Part shown: one piece after another, positions 30,044 to 40,412 of the stretch
Position numbering within the stretch: the first letter of the stretch is position 1
Layout of the letters: every line of letters starts with the position of its first letter
Source: a virus
Length of the DNA: 64,000 nucleotides
Virus record (IMG/VR): IMGVR_UViG_3300028377_000007
Coordinates: 1-64,000 of that record
Reading direction: 5' to 3' (one strand)
Made by a program: the position numbers and the translations under genes
The notes under the pieces: generated by a model
Told to the model about the DNA's origin: nothing
The model's input: the letters and a program-made list of their open reading frames with translations, nothing else
Database searches by the model: none

Positions 30044-30956
30044 TTTTGAATTCTTGGGGTAAAAAAGAAAATATATGGGCTATTACATCTACTGTCCAAC
30101 CGTTACCTAGAGCGGCTTTAGCTTTGTTAATTTGAATCGGTGATGTATAATTATCTGGAATGGTTTGTAATCTTTCGTGCTCGATTCTGGTAGTCTTCCT
30201 AACCCCATTTTTTGTTAAAATTTTTGCTCCATGTGGAGCGGAATGCGAAAGGCATCCCATTTTACCATCGAGAAAATACGCCCTATAGTTTTGAGAATTA
30301 TATCCCTTGTTTGTGCCGTCATATTGCCACGATATACCTCTCTTTTCGCCGTTTTGGTAAATATCTTGGTGGACAAACTCAAAATCCCCGCTCGTCTCAA
30401 TAATATCCTTAATAGTAATTTTTTTGTCTATTAGAGGCAAAATATTACCTTCGATATTTGTCCAATAGAGACGTTTTCTTTTTTGAGCAGAAACTAAAGA
30501 AGAGTCTATTTCTATAGGAGTTGTATTTAAGTTGTCTGAGATTATTTTTTGAAATTCTTTTTTCATCTTTACGTTCTCAAGCAAGAATTTAATATCTGGA
30601 TTTTTTACTTTTAATTCATTGAGTAATCTAACAAATTCAAAAAATAATTTACTTCTAGGGTCCAGAAAATTTAATTGTTTGCCAGCAAAACTAAACCCCT
30701 GACAAGGCGACCCTGCAATTATTAAATCTATTTTAGGTAAATTCTTAACATTAACATCAACAACCGAGCCTAATTGAATCGCATCTGGCCAGTTATGCTG
30801 AGTTACTTTAATTGCATGTTTGCCAATTTCGCTTGCAAAATATTGATTGACTTTAATTCCTGCCCGATGTAGCGCAATTTGCCCACAGGAAATACCGTCA
30901 AACAAACTCAATACATTAATTCCTTTGTTATAATTTGGTTCAATTGGTTTGCTCAT
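30036..30956 (-). CDS. dcm: DNA (cytosine-5) methyltransferase
   Basis: LSLFDG, AGSPCQGFS, LLENV, QKRKRLYW, ERLQT, LGNGW. Confidence 0.95.
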   Translation of the reverse strand: MSKPIEPNYNKGINVLSLFDGISCGQIALHRAGIKVNQYFASEIGKHAIKVTQHNWPDAIQLGSVVDVNVKNLPKIDLIIAGSPCQGFSFAGKQLNFLDPRSKLFFEFVRLLNELKVKNPDIKFLLENVKMKKEFQKIISDNLNTTPIEIDSSLVSAQKRKRLYWTNIEGNILPLIDKKITIKDIIETSGDFEFVHQDIYQNGEKRGISWQYDGTNKGYNSQNYRAYFLDGKMGCLSHSAPHGAKILTKNGVRKTTRIEHERLQTIPDNYTSPIQINKAKAALGNGWTVDVIAHIFSFLPQEFKNG

Positions 30957-30977
30957 AATATTCAAGAGATTTTTTTA

Positions 30978-31376
30978 TTATTTTCCGAAGATTTTTAATG
31001 TTCTTCCATCATCTTGCACAGAAAAATCAAAATTGTCAAGGTATTTTACCAATTCTCTGCTATTTTCTCCAATAAATTCTACGCGGGTGATTTTTTGTGG
31101 ATCGAATTCAATGGTTTTGTCTGCTTCGATTTCATATTCCTCTGTTTTAGTGAAATAATTATATCCCTCTGTTCTAAGGGTTTGTATATAATCGTTTATT
31201 TCGCCGATATTAATATATCCCTTTGAGCATATTAAACTAGATAACATCTTTTTTTCAATAATATCATAAAATCCGTAACTAAACTTGTATCTTTTTTCCT
31301 TCTTACTCATAATTCTTTTAAAATATAAATGTATTAAATAAAACCGCCAAACACAAGAAATGAAGCATCTGGTCAA
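30978..31376 (-). CDS. hypothetical protein (probable start MSKKEK)
   Basis: C-terminal ITRVE.I...RE...SVQDDGRTLKIF phage motif. Confidence 0.65.
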   Translation of the reverse strand: MTRCFISCVWRFYLIHLYFKRIMSKKEKRYKFSYGFYDIIEKKMLSSLICSKGYINIGEINDYIQTLRTEGYNYFTKTEEYEIEADKTIEFDPQKITRVEFIGENSRELVKYLDNFDFSVQDDGRTLKIFGK

Positions 31377-31461
31377 ATCCGACTATAACGAACCCCATAT
31401 GATAAATAGTGCGCTGATAAAACCATATAAACATTTATAAAGAAAAAATATAAGTCTAAAT

Positions 31462-32013
31462 TCATACGTACAAATATTCATAAATTGATATTGCTTTTAT
31501 TAACATTTCTTTTTCTTGCTTTTCTTTGTTTGATTCTATCTCTTTGAGTTCTTTGTTCAGTTTCCTTTCCAATTCTTTGTCTGGAATTTCACGCAACATT
31601 TCTAATCCGCCGTTTTTACATGCTTCAGTTTCCACAAAAGAAGTTTTAAATGTTTCACTCCAATCTTTTAAAGCTTTTTCACACTTTATTTCATTGTTGT
31701 TTCTACCGTTTTTTGCGTACTCATAAACTTCGTTTAGGATATTGCCATATAAATCCATATCTACCAAAACCCGATCAAAGATTTTATCCTGTTCTACTAT
31801 TTGGATAATTGACCCGAAAACAAAGTCTGGAATTAATCCGCTCGTGTCGCAATAAGTATTATAGCGGATATATTTCTTTATCCATCTTTGCCTTGGAAAA
31901 ATAAAATACTTTGCAGCGTAATAAATTTCCCTTGGATATAGAAAATAAAATCTTATTGCTCTAAAAAAATTAGAGGGTCTATTTGGTATATGGTGTTTCC
32001 AGTGTGTTTTCAT
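31462..32013 (-). CDS. hypothetical protein, paralog of 60293..60778
   Basis: PRQ.WIKK.I.YN..CD...LI.DF.FG shared. Confidence 0.75.
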   Translation of the reverse strand: MKTHWKHHIPNRPSNFFRAIRFYFLYPREIYYAAKYFIFPRQRWIKKYIRYNTYCDTSGLIPDFVFGSIIQIVEQDKIFDRVLVDMDLYGNILNEVYEYAKNGRNNNEIKCEKALKDWSETFKTSFVETEACKNGGLEMLREIPDKELERKLNKELKEIESNKEKQEKEMLIKAISIYEYLYV

Positions 32014-32915
32014 TTATTTAATATTTTTAAAATTGCTTTGTCTTTTGCTTTAACCTCGCACTCCCATATAATTTGTGGGTTGTCAAGGATAATTTGTGGA
32101 ATATTTGAAAAATAATCTACATGGGAACGAATTTTTCCATTAGCACCACCCTCAGACCAATGAAAAATTGGTGTAAAATCTCTCCATGTTTTTAAAAAAT
32201 AACCAAATAAGTCTGATGGTTTATTGCACTCGTTATGAAGATTATCGAACGTCAAAGGCAAATCTTGGTTTGTTGTATGATTATAGTATTGCCAAAACTC
32301 AAACAACTTTTCCATATTCCAATAAGCCTTATCACAATTTTCAAGAACCAATCTTTTTTTAGCGCTATCAGATAGTTTATTTAAGTTGTTGACAAAAATA
32401 TCAAACGCATCTTGAACACTTTCGAATGTTCCTGTTGGGTGAATATTGATAGGATTAGAATAATCTTGCGGCAAATCCAAGCAATCATGAATCCATCCAT
32501 GCAATTCTAAATCAATAATAGAATTATTTATAATCTTATCATCTTTATTAAACATTACTATGTATTGCGATGGGTGAGTGGACACAGTTATGTTATTTTG
32601 TTTTAAAAGTTTACCACATTTTGACAATAAATCTTTATATAAAGAATAACTTTTTACTTCCTCCCATGAATCAAAGCATTGTTGATCTGTATAAGCGGGA
32701 AACAAAGAACTAGAAAGCCTATAGTGTTTTATGTTATTTTGTGCGCAATGTTTTATTATTCTTGATGTTACTTGTAGATTGTTTATTGTTCGATCATGCA
32801 CAACTTTTTTAGCTTCTTCTCTCGGCAAAGATAAAAACCGTTTGCGGGTAATGGTTTGGAAAGAAAACCCTTTGTCTTTAAGAATTTCCGATATGCAACA
32901 TAATCCTAATTTCAT
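32010..32915 (-). CDS. uvsE: UV DNA damage endonuclease
   Basis: LGLCC, YRLSSSLFP, HPSQY, INIH, RLVLEN.D, FDNLH, TW, H.SE, HVDY, EVKAKD. Confidence 0.93.
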   Translation of the reverse strand: MKLGLCCISEILKDKGFSFQTITRKRFLSLPREEAKKVVHDRTINNLQVTSRIIKHCAQNNIKHYRLSSSLFPAYTDQQCFDSWEEVKSYSLYKDLLSKCGKLLKQNNITVSTHPSQYIVMFNKDDKIINNSIIDLELHGWIHDCLDLPQDYSNPINIHPTGTFESVQDAFDIFVNNLNKLSDSAKKRLVLENCDKAYWNMEKLFEFWQYYNHTTNQDLPLTFDNLHNECNKPSDLFGYFLKTWRDFTPIFHWSEGGANGKIRSHVDYFSNIPQIILDNPQIIWECEVKAKDKAILKILNK

Positions 32916-32961
32916 GATAATTCTTTTATTTTTTCTGTGTTCATTTTATTATTTTTATTTA

Positions 32962-34047
32962 TTATTTTTTCAAAACTTGATATAGTAATTTTTTGTAATT
33001 TTCTTTTGTCAGCTCTTTTCCCTGCCTCAAACTAAAAACAAAGCCAGACCGATTTGTATCTCCCCATTTTTGAAATGTTTTTGCGGCAAAGGTTTTTTGA
33101 TCTATTTCCTTATGATCCTGCACGAATTTTTTCATAAAGTCAACAATTTTTTTGACTTCTTTCCAACCGTCACAGATTCTAGAAATGCTTCCCTTCGTTT
33201 GTTCAGCAATTTCATAGTCTAAAGTATCAACAATTATTTGATAAGCTTTATTATATTCTGGCATATCATGAGAAATCCAAAAATCAATAACCCTTTCAAA
33301 AGAACCGAGTTCTGATTTCATTCTATGTAAAGATAAATAGTGCTCGGCTTTTAGTTTTCTAATATCCTGGCCTTTATTACAATAAATACAAACTCCTTCC
33401 TTCCCTTCCCAAGAAGGTACGTCAGATAAAACATCTTTTATGCTATTATAACTGTATGTTTTTGGGCGCTTAACTAGAATGTTATTTGCTTCTTCATCAA
33501 TAATAAATTGTGATGCCATAGTATAATTCTCATGTTCTATTATGCCAATTAAATAAAGTTCTGGCTCTTCTCCGTAGTCAAGTACAATCTTATTATTTGG
33601 AGTCACCCACTCATAAAGATAGGAGAGTTCAGAATTGATTTCAAAAGCTTTTGGATGCTTTTCTTTTAGATAATTTATTTCAAAACCGTTATCTAATTTT
33701 GTAGCATCAATTGTTCCTCTAGTTCTAACAATCAATTCATTTTTATACTGCGAGACTATCAACGTAGAACCATCTATCTTTTCAATAATTTGGACCCCGC
33801 CGTTTGCAGTAGTAGAAAACGGAGTATAAGTTAATTCTGGTTGCTCTGAAAAGTTAAAGAATTTTTTAAATCCAGCGGAAATCAATTCACCATCAACATT
33901 CCAAATAGAAGATCTAAAAATTAGATTGTCTTTGGTCCACTTTACACCTATATGTTTTGGGAAAATCAAAAAGCATTTATCGCCGCCAATTATTCCTTCT
34001 TTAAGAATAAAATCTGATAAATCATAGTCTGCTAAGTTTATTTTCAT
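32962..34047 (-). CDS. rnlA: RNA ligase 1 (T4 RnlA family)
   Basis: FKKFFN..E, EKIDGS (motif I), TRG, YE..TPNNKIV, EGV, KLK. Confidence 0.88.
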   Translation of the reverse strand: MKINLADYDLSDFILKEGIIGGDKCFLIFPKHIGVKWTKDNLIFRSSIWNVDGELISAGFKKFFNFSEQPELTYTPFSTTANGGVQIIEKIDGSTLIVSQYKNELIVRTRGTIDATKLDNGFEINYLKEKHPKAFEINSELSYLYEWVTPNNKIVLDYGEEPELYLIGIIEHENYTMASQFIIDEEANNILVKRPKTYSYNSIKDVLSDVPSWEGKEGVCIYCNKGQDIRKLKAEHYLSLHRMKSELGSFERVIDFWISHDMPEYNKAYQIIVDTLDYEIAEQTKGSISRICDGWKEVKKIVDFMKKFVQDHKEIDQKTFAAKTFQKWGDTNRSGFVFSLRQGKELTKENYKKLLYQVLKK

Positions 34048-34063
34048 TTTGTGGTATTTTGAG

Positions 34064-34141
34064 TTATTTTAATCTTTCAACGCAAATATCATAATATTCT
34101 TTCTCTTTTTCAATCCCTATAAATTGTCTATTGAGATTATT
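34064..34141 (-). pseudogene. 3' relic of a second beta-class DNA methyltransferase
   Basis: Translates to NNLNRQFIGIEKEKEYYDICVERLK*, versus KNLNRQFIGIEKEKKYYDICVERLK* at the end of 15787..16512. Confidence 0.85.
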
Positions 34142-34910
34142 TCTTTTTTCATTTCTGTAATATTTCTAAATGGTATATACTATTAAATGTTTCAAAGATA
34201 TATTCTTTATCTGATATTTTTTCTACATTTATAACGCATGAAGTACGAAAAATTCCGTCAACTTTTATGCCGTTTCTTTCTATTCTCTTGAGACAACAAT
34301 GCTCATCTTTTTTGGGAATGCCAAGCGCATAACAAATAACTTCGTAGCCAGACCAAATAGATTTTTCTGGATCGCTAAAGTCTTTATTTACATCCTTATC
34401 TGTTGAAGTCTCTACTGCGGGATTTTTTGACGCTGATTTTTTCTTAATTTTTACTATCATTTTATTTACCCTCTTCTAACATACCCTTTTCAAAAAGCCA
34501 CTCATCAAAATAAGTTGGTTTATCTCCCCCGTTAAAACAATAATCAAAAAGCCATTCTTCTGTATTTTCTGTCAAGCCCTGAGATTTTAATTTTTCGACC
34601 ATTTCATCATACTCTCGTTGTATGATTCTATTTAGGTTTATCAAAAGCTCTTGCTTTGCCCAAATTTCGTCTAGCCACTCTGTTTTTAGCTCTGATTCTT
34701 TTACTTTGCTCATATTTTATTTTTAAGATTTTCCTTAGTTTCTCCCGTCGTCCAAGTATTTAATTCTCCGCAACAATCGCAGATATATTTTCCTTCGATA
34801 TGTCTAATTTCCCTATAAATCGTAGTTCGATAAGCTTTTATTCTTTTTTTGCTCATTTTATTTAAAACTTTATCTTCTATATATTTCATTTTTTTATTCC
34901 CCTTCTATTT

Positions 34911-35906
34911 TTAAAAGTTTCTATCAATAATATTTAAGAAATTCTCTCTAATCAATGTTGACGAGGATTGATTAAGGCTTTTGAATAAAAGTTTTTGCTC
35001 TGACTTTTCAAGTTCATTATATTTCTGCGAGTTTTCGCGCATATAATCTTCTAAAACATCTGAGTTTAATTCCTTCATAATCTTGCCGAAATCTTTATCA
35101 GTGACATCTCCAATTTTAGACAATGCACTTCTTAATCTATTTTCATTAACAAAGCTTTCGAGTTCTTCAATTTCTTTGGATAGTTCGGGCGAATATTCGA
35201 TTTTTTGTTTTTTCTTTTTTGTTTTTTCTTTCTCTGAGAATTTGGGGTTCTTATTTTTAAGTATAACCCTAGAACCGCACCCAAAAAACTTTGGAATAAA
35301 AGATTTGATAACGATCCCCTCTGACATATTTCCTTCTACTTTTTCCAATCCAAAATCTTTGTAAATCGGGTCTTCAAAAATAGGACTAAATTCTAAACAT
35401 TCGTCAAAAGTTCCAGTAAATAAAATTGGCGAATAAGGTATATCCGAATTCTTAAAAACATCAATTTTATAATCAAAGTCTAAATAAAAAGTATCTACTT
35501 TAATATCAACAGCATAAAACTCTATTTCTGGGGAATATTTTACCCTGTTTTGAATTGCTTTGACATTTGATTTAATATTTGGGTATGAACCGCCAAATAA
35601 TTCTCCGTAAATAGATAGACATTCAAATGTGACATATTTGCTTTTTAAATATGCCCAAGCTTTTTTTATGTAAGACTCTAATTTTTCTTCAATAGAGCGA
35701 AAATTATAAAAGTCTTCATTTCCGCCGATAAAACCAGACCTTTTAGCATATCTTATTTCTTTCCCATCATAATGAACGGAAAAGTTTGCTCCATCAATTT
35801 TATTTGATACTTCCCATAGACCATCTTCAAGGCCATCGAACCTAATTTGTTCGATTGTTTTTTCTCTATAGGTGTTTTCGATTGAGTTATATTTTGTGAA
35901 CTTCAT
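34911..35906 (-). CDS. RNA ligase 2 (Rnl2 family)
   Basis: FTKYNSIEN, KIDGANF, KR, YGELFGG, EGIVIK, ILKNKNPKFSEK. Confidence 0.92.
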   Translation of the reverse strand: MKFTKYNSIENTYREKTIEQIRFDGLEDGLWEVSNKIDGANFSVHYDGKEIRYAKRSGFIGGNEDFYNFRSIEEKLESYIKKAWAYLKSKYVTFECLSIYGELFGGSYPNIKSNVKAIQNRVKYSPEIEFYAVDIKVDTFYLDFDYKIDVFKNSDIPYSPILFTGTFDECLEFSPIFEDPIYKDFGLEKVEGNMSEGIVIKSFIPKFFGCGSRVILKNKNPKFSEKEKTKKKKQKIEYSPELSKEIEELESFVNENRLRSALSKIGDVTDKDFGKIMKELNSDVLEDYMRENSQKYNELEKSEQKLLFKSLNQSSSTLIRENFLNIIDRNF

Positions 35907-36160
35907 GATTATTTTCTCTGTTTCTTGCAAACAACTTTGCTTGATATTTGAATCTGATTTTTTGTAAAGCTTCTAAATTATTGATAAGTAATGCTATATT
36001 TAATCCATCATCAAATATTTTATCTATTTGATTAAAAATATCTTCCATATATTCGATTTGGGTTGCAATTTTAATTTCTGAAGATTTTGTAATTTTATCT
36101 GAAAATTCACATATGGTATGCGGATAATCCCCATCAGAAGTAGAAATCGGCGCAACTATT

Positions 36161-36529
36161 TTATTTTTGTGGTATTTCATTTTGTATATTTTTTCCTAGT
36201 TGCAAAGCTGTTCTTGCATTTTCCAATGCTTTTTCTAAATAATTAACCTGTCTTAATTTTCTAATTAAAAATGAATTTAAAGCCTCTTCTTTGGTGGGGT
36301 AAGCATATCTCTTTCGAGAGACTTTCGAAACCCATTTTTCTGTACACTTAAATATATAAAAATCTCCTTTATAAATTTCTTTTATCCAATAGCCCTTTGG
36401 GGTTTCTTTTGTTACATCAAACTCAATTAGTTTTACCTCTATATTATCATAACTACATCTTACAAAATTATCAAATGGGTCTATTCCTCCTGTTGAGTGT
36501 ATATCTTCTTGATATCTATAGTGTTTCAT
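36161..36529 (-). CDS. conserved phage hypothetical protein
   Basis: V.KETPKGYWI...KWV....RKRYAYPTKEEALNSF. Confidence 0.75.
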   Translation of the reverse strand: MKHYRYQEDIHSTGGIDPFDNFVRCSYDNIEVKLIEFDVTKETPKGYWIKEIYKGDFYIFKCTEKWVSKVSRKRYAYPTKEEALNSFLIRKLRQVNYLEKALENARTALQLGKNIQNEIPQK

Positions 36530-37121
36530 TAAATTTTTAAAAAGTAAGTATAATCAGATTCATTTAGGGATTCTATTTGTTAAGAATTATTGTGGCGTCT
36601 TTTTTTTTAAAGTCAATACTTTTTTGAAAAATTTATTTTTTAAGTTTCTCGTGGGGCTTGGATATCGTCTTTTTCGCTTACATCGAACTCGTGGTTTTAT
36701 TCGCTTATTCTGCCGTGAGAATATTCGCTTATTGCGCAGAAAAATAAAATAGATTCTCCTCCTGTTGGGTGTATATCTTCTTGTTATAATTCACTGGAGA
36801 AGAAAAAATGGTCAGTATCGGCGGCAGCGTATTGCCCTAGTTTTTGGCTCACCCCATCCTTAGCTAAATGATAGCACAACCATCCCTTGTATTCATCGAG
36901 GTACCTGTTCGTGTAGGAAATGGAATGAGGGCGCTTGCCGTATTTTTCGATATACTTGTCCCAAGCCTTGCGGTCCTTACCTCTAGTCGGTCTCGATTCG
37001 TAATACATAATTATAACCAGCCAGATCAGGACAACTCGCTTCGCTAGCGCCTGTCTTCGAAAATATCTATAGTGTTTCATTAAATTTTTAAAAAGTAAGT
37101 ATAATCAGATTCATTTAAGGA
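36485..37121. repeat. ~86-bp direct duplication; the second copy is split by the cassette insertion
   Basis: 36485..36570 equals 36757..36783 plus 37063..37121, with 2 mismatches. Confidence 0.9.
36784..37062 (+). mobile_element. integron gene cassette with attC (reverse-oriented 74-aa ORF at 36784..37008 on the minus strand)
   Basis: Starts G|TTATAATT; inverse core AATTATAAC at 37009-37017; 5-nt spacer; L'' AGATCAGG and L' CCTGTCT with one bulged base; GC-richer than the phage; inserted at G|ATAT. Confidence 0.75.
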
Positions 37122-37868
37122 CTCAAACATCAAGCTTTTACTCTTTACCACCATATAGGATTTTTGTAAATTGTCGAGGCAAAAATTCGTTTTTTCTTTT
37201 TCCCTCAACTCCGAAGTCCTTTTTGTTGTATGCCCGACTATTTGGCGAATATTATCAACTGGAACAAATTCTTCCCAATCAACCCAAATCGGCGAAGAAT
37301 AATGATCCGAGCCGCCCCTGTATGAACTCACATTCCAAATCCAATGGAAAGGTTTGTGATGAAAAGAAAGCTTATCTTTCTCCCACTCATCGTAAAGATA
37401 TTGTATATTATCTTCCTCGCTTAAATATGGCTTAAATTGAGCATATTGAAACCCAGCATGTACACAATAATATTCCCCGACTTTACAACACAACTTTAAT
37501 TTTTTAAAAAACTTTGGGTCTATGTATTTGTTGAAATCAGTAGCTTTACTTCTTGTCCAACCAGAACAACAATAGAAAGTATTTTTTGACGGAATTATTT
37601 TTGGCGTATAAGATGCTAAATATGCTAAATCATGGTTTCCAAGTAAAAAATTAAACCTTTCATCGTCTAGTTTATCGTTTATCCACTTACAAACATTTTT
37701 AATAGAGAAATGCGTAGCATTGTTTATGTTATCGAATGTATCAAAGAAATCCCCTAAAAATACAACATTATCAAAGTCCTTTTCTTTTTCAAGAATTGCG
37801 TCAGCGAAACCTAAATTTTGATGGATATCGGGGATTATGATTGTTTTACCTTTGTTTATTTTTTTCAT
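37080..37868 (-). CDS. calcineurin-like metallophosphoesterase
   Basis: PDIH, FLGDFFD, LGNHD, VHAG, VGHT. Confidence 0.92.
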   Translation of the reverse strand: MKKINKGKTIIIPDIHQNLGFADAILEKEKDFDNVVFLGDFFDTFDNINNATHFSIKNVCKWINDKLDDERFNFLLGNHDLAYLASYTPKIIPSKNTFYCCSGWTRSKATDFNKYIDPKFFKKLKLCCKVGEYYCVHAGFQYAQFKPYLSEEDNIQYLYDEWEKDKLSFHHKPFHWIWNVSSYRGGSDHYSSPIWVDWEEFVPVDNIRQIVGHTTKRTSELREKEKTNFCLDNLQKSYMVVKSKSLMFESLNESDYTYFLKI

Positions 37869-37948
37869 CTTCTTTTGTTGCTTTTTCTTCCGCTATATCC
37901 ATTTACTGGTACAGGTTTCCGTTCTTTTAAACTTACAAAAATCTAAAG

Positions 37949-39166
37949 TCATATTTTTAAGATATAAACTCTTGATTTTTTGTTAAATTCCTGCTTCACA
38001 GAACAGCTAACCAAACTTTCGTTTGATGAACTCTGTTCTCCACAGGCCGACACGGTAGAGCTTACCGCCAAATTCTTTAAATTGATAGAGGCATTAAAAT
38101 CCCTATCCATTTTATTGTCACACACCTTACACTCAAATACTCTATCCGTCAAGGTCAGACTTTCGTTTTTCCATCCGCAGCATGAACACAATTTAGAGCT
38201 AGCGAAGAAAGTATCGGCAAAGATAACTTTTCTATTGCTCCATTTTGCTTTATATTCGACCTGACGACGAAATTCGAATAGTCCAACATCACTGATAGCT
38301 TGCGCCAAACAATGATTCTTCATCATATTGCTTACTTTCAAATCTTCTAAAACTATTGTTTTATTTTCACGAACAATTTTAGTGGTTATTTTATGCAAGC
38401 AATCTTTACGAATATTTGATATGTGATTGTGTAGTTTTGCTAATTTTTGTTTTGCTTTTCCATAGTTTTTACTTCCTTTTTTCTTTCTTGATAATTGACG
38501 TTGTTTGAGCTTTAATTTATTGAGATTCTTCTTTAATGCTTTGGGATTTTCGTAAGTCGTCCCGTCTGAGCAAGTAGCCAGAGTCTTAATGCCTAAATCA
38601 ACTCCAATTACATCATTAATGGCGTTTGTAGGCTCTCTATCGGGCGTTTCTACTTGAACCGACACAAACCATCTGCCAGCTTTCTTGGACACTGTAGCAG
38701 ATAAGATTTTACAATCGGTTGGAATATAATCTTTTTCGGCTAATTTCAGCTTACCGATTCGCGGCAATTTAATACATCCAGATTCAACCGAAATTGCTCC
38801 ATCCAATCTAAAAGATTGTTTGTCATTCTTTTTGGATTTGAATTTCGGGAACCCTTTCTTGCCTTTAACTTTTTTCTTGCAACGAGTGAAGAAATTTTGA
38901 AATGCTTTATCACAATCTCTTAATGCGTTTTGTGGCGAACTTTTGCTTGAATTATACATCCAAGGAATATCGGTTTTCTTTAGTTTGTTTAATTCTCTAT
39001 GAAGTTCAATAGCATTAGGGGTTTTCTCTTTCTTATCAAATGCCTCTTTCTTGATATTTAAAGCCCAATTATAAGCAAAACGCGCCGCGCCCAAAGATTT
39101 CATCAGGTCGGTTTTTTGTGCATTGTTGGTCACTACAATCTCGGTTTTATATGCTCGTAAAATCAT
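37949..39166 (-). CDS. tnpB: RNA-guided endonuclease TnpB
   Basis: N-terminal HTH (RAYK, ARFAYNWAL); RuvC I GVDLG, II VLEDL, III DRDFNAS; zinc finger CSCCG..CKVC; catalytic residues intact. Confidence 0.95.
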   Translation of the reverse strand: MILRAYKTEIVVTNNAQKTDLMKSLGAARFAYNWALNIKKEAFDKKEKTPNAIELHRELNKLKKTDIPWMYNSSKSSPQNALRDCDKAFQNFFTRCKKKVKGKKGFPKFKSKKNDKQSFRLDGAISVESGCIKLPRIGKLKLAEKDYIPTDCKILSATVSKKAGRWFVSVQVETPDREPTNAINDVIGVDLGIKTLATCSDGTTYENPKALKKNLNKLKLKQRQLSRKKKGSKNYGKAKQKLAKLHNHISNIRKDCLHKITTKIVRENKTIVLEDLKVSNMMKNHCLAQAISDVGLFEFRRQVEYKAKWSNRKVIFADTFFASSKLCSCCGWKNESLTLTDRVFECKVCDNKMDRDFNASINLKNLAVSSTVSACGEQSSSNESLVSCSVKQEFNKKSRVYILKI

Positions 39167-39672
39167 ATCTTAAAAACCCTACCGAAATTAGAAAATATAT
39201 GCTCAAATTCTGAAAATTTATTTCCCTTATAACATAAACAACAAGCCATTGGAGCACCTTTTTTATCCTCTATTCCGTTGTTAAAAAAACGAAGTCTAGT
39301 GTCTGATAAAAAACAAATAGCGGTATATTTTTTAAAAACTATTTCCTTAAAGTGTTTGGTGTTAGTAGCGACAGGAACTAAGAAAATTAATTCACCCTCT
39401 GTCTCAAGGGATTTTTTAAACCAGTCATATAGAGACTTCCCTTTACTTCTGCCGTAAGGAGGATTTACAAAGATGGTTTTAGCGTCCCATTTTTCAATTA
39501 ATCCGTCCTTATTTGGGTATATTAGATTATTTCTCGCAGAAACCAGAGAATTCTGATTGGAACATGGGTCTAATTCGATTTCTCCACCAAAAAATGCTGT
39601 TATTGGAATTATGTATTTCGGAGGGGTATTCCAATCCTTTTTATCAGAATTATTTTTGCGACCAGCACTCAT
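39163..39672 (-). CDS. phage Dam-like DNA N6-adenine methyltransferase
   Basis: DWNTP, ELDPC, DGL..W, IFVNPPYG, LVP..T.T, RLRF. Confidence 0.88.
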   Translation of the reverse strand: MSAGRKNNSDKKDWNTPPKYIIPITAFFGGEIELDPCSNQNSLVSARNNLIYPNKDGLIEKWDAKTIFVNPPYGRSKGKSLYDWFKKSLETEGELIFLVPVATNTKHFKEIVFKKYTAICFLSDTRLRFFNNGIEDKKGAPMACCLCYKGNKFSEFEHIFSNFGRVFKI

Positions 39673-40343
39673 ACCAATTCCTCCATTTCTTTCTTAATTC
39701 ATTTTCAAAGCCCTTAGACATCACTTCTTCAACTTTTTCAATCCTAACTTTATATGAATTAAAATATGAAACCAAATAATTAAAGCAAAATCTCGACAAT
39801 CTATCTTTATGCTCAATCAAAACCACATCAATTTCTTTCGCTTCCACCAATTCAAATAATTACAGCAATAATACTGTAACCGCGTTTAAGAGCTTCTGTA
39901 GTCATTCTACCAACCTGCCTCCCTAAGTCGCCTTTAGTCTTTTGTTCGTGCGGGCTAACGCGACAATAGATAGCTGCACGCTTACCGCTAGATTCTTTAA
40001 TGGGTTCAACATAAATTCCCGCCAACTTCTCAATATCGCTGCGATAATAGCGTCTATGTCTGCCTTCGGTATGAAACGGCGTTAATTTGCCTGCACGTTC
40101 CCAATTCCTTAATGTTTCGTCGGAAACACCAAGAATAGATGCGGCATCGCTGATAGATAGAATCTTTTTATCCATTTTATCTATCAATCCTTTCTGTTGA
40201 AATAATCTAAACCATCCATCGTAGATTTTCTGAAATTCCTCAATTGTAGGAACCTCATCCAATTCAAACGGAATATCATGGATAACTCCATCATCGGTTT
40301 CAAATTCTGTTTTGGTAACTCTTGTAATCATTTTTGGTTTCAT
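39650..40343 (-). pseudogene. tnpA: IS607 serine recombinase TnpA, frameshifted and C-terminally truncated, with a 56-aa N-terminal extension
   Basis: MerR HTH and AAIYCRVS in 39852..40343; EHKDRLSRF in 39650..39850; the usual DxGSG segment and the C-terminal helix are missing. Confidence 0.85.
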
Positions 40344-40412
40344 ATATATTTACACTAAAAGTTTAGATTTTTCAAGAAAAAAGTTAAATTATTTTAATTT
40401 TATTTAGATATT

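Noticed and set aside
36485-37121. DGR template/variable repeat pair
   Set aside because: Only two mismatches; better explained by a duplication plus cassette insertion.
37949-39166. Cas12f CRISPR effector
   Set aside because: It sits in an IS607 context with tnpA and a transposon right end; there is no array and no cas1/cas2.
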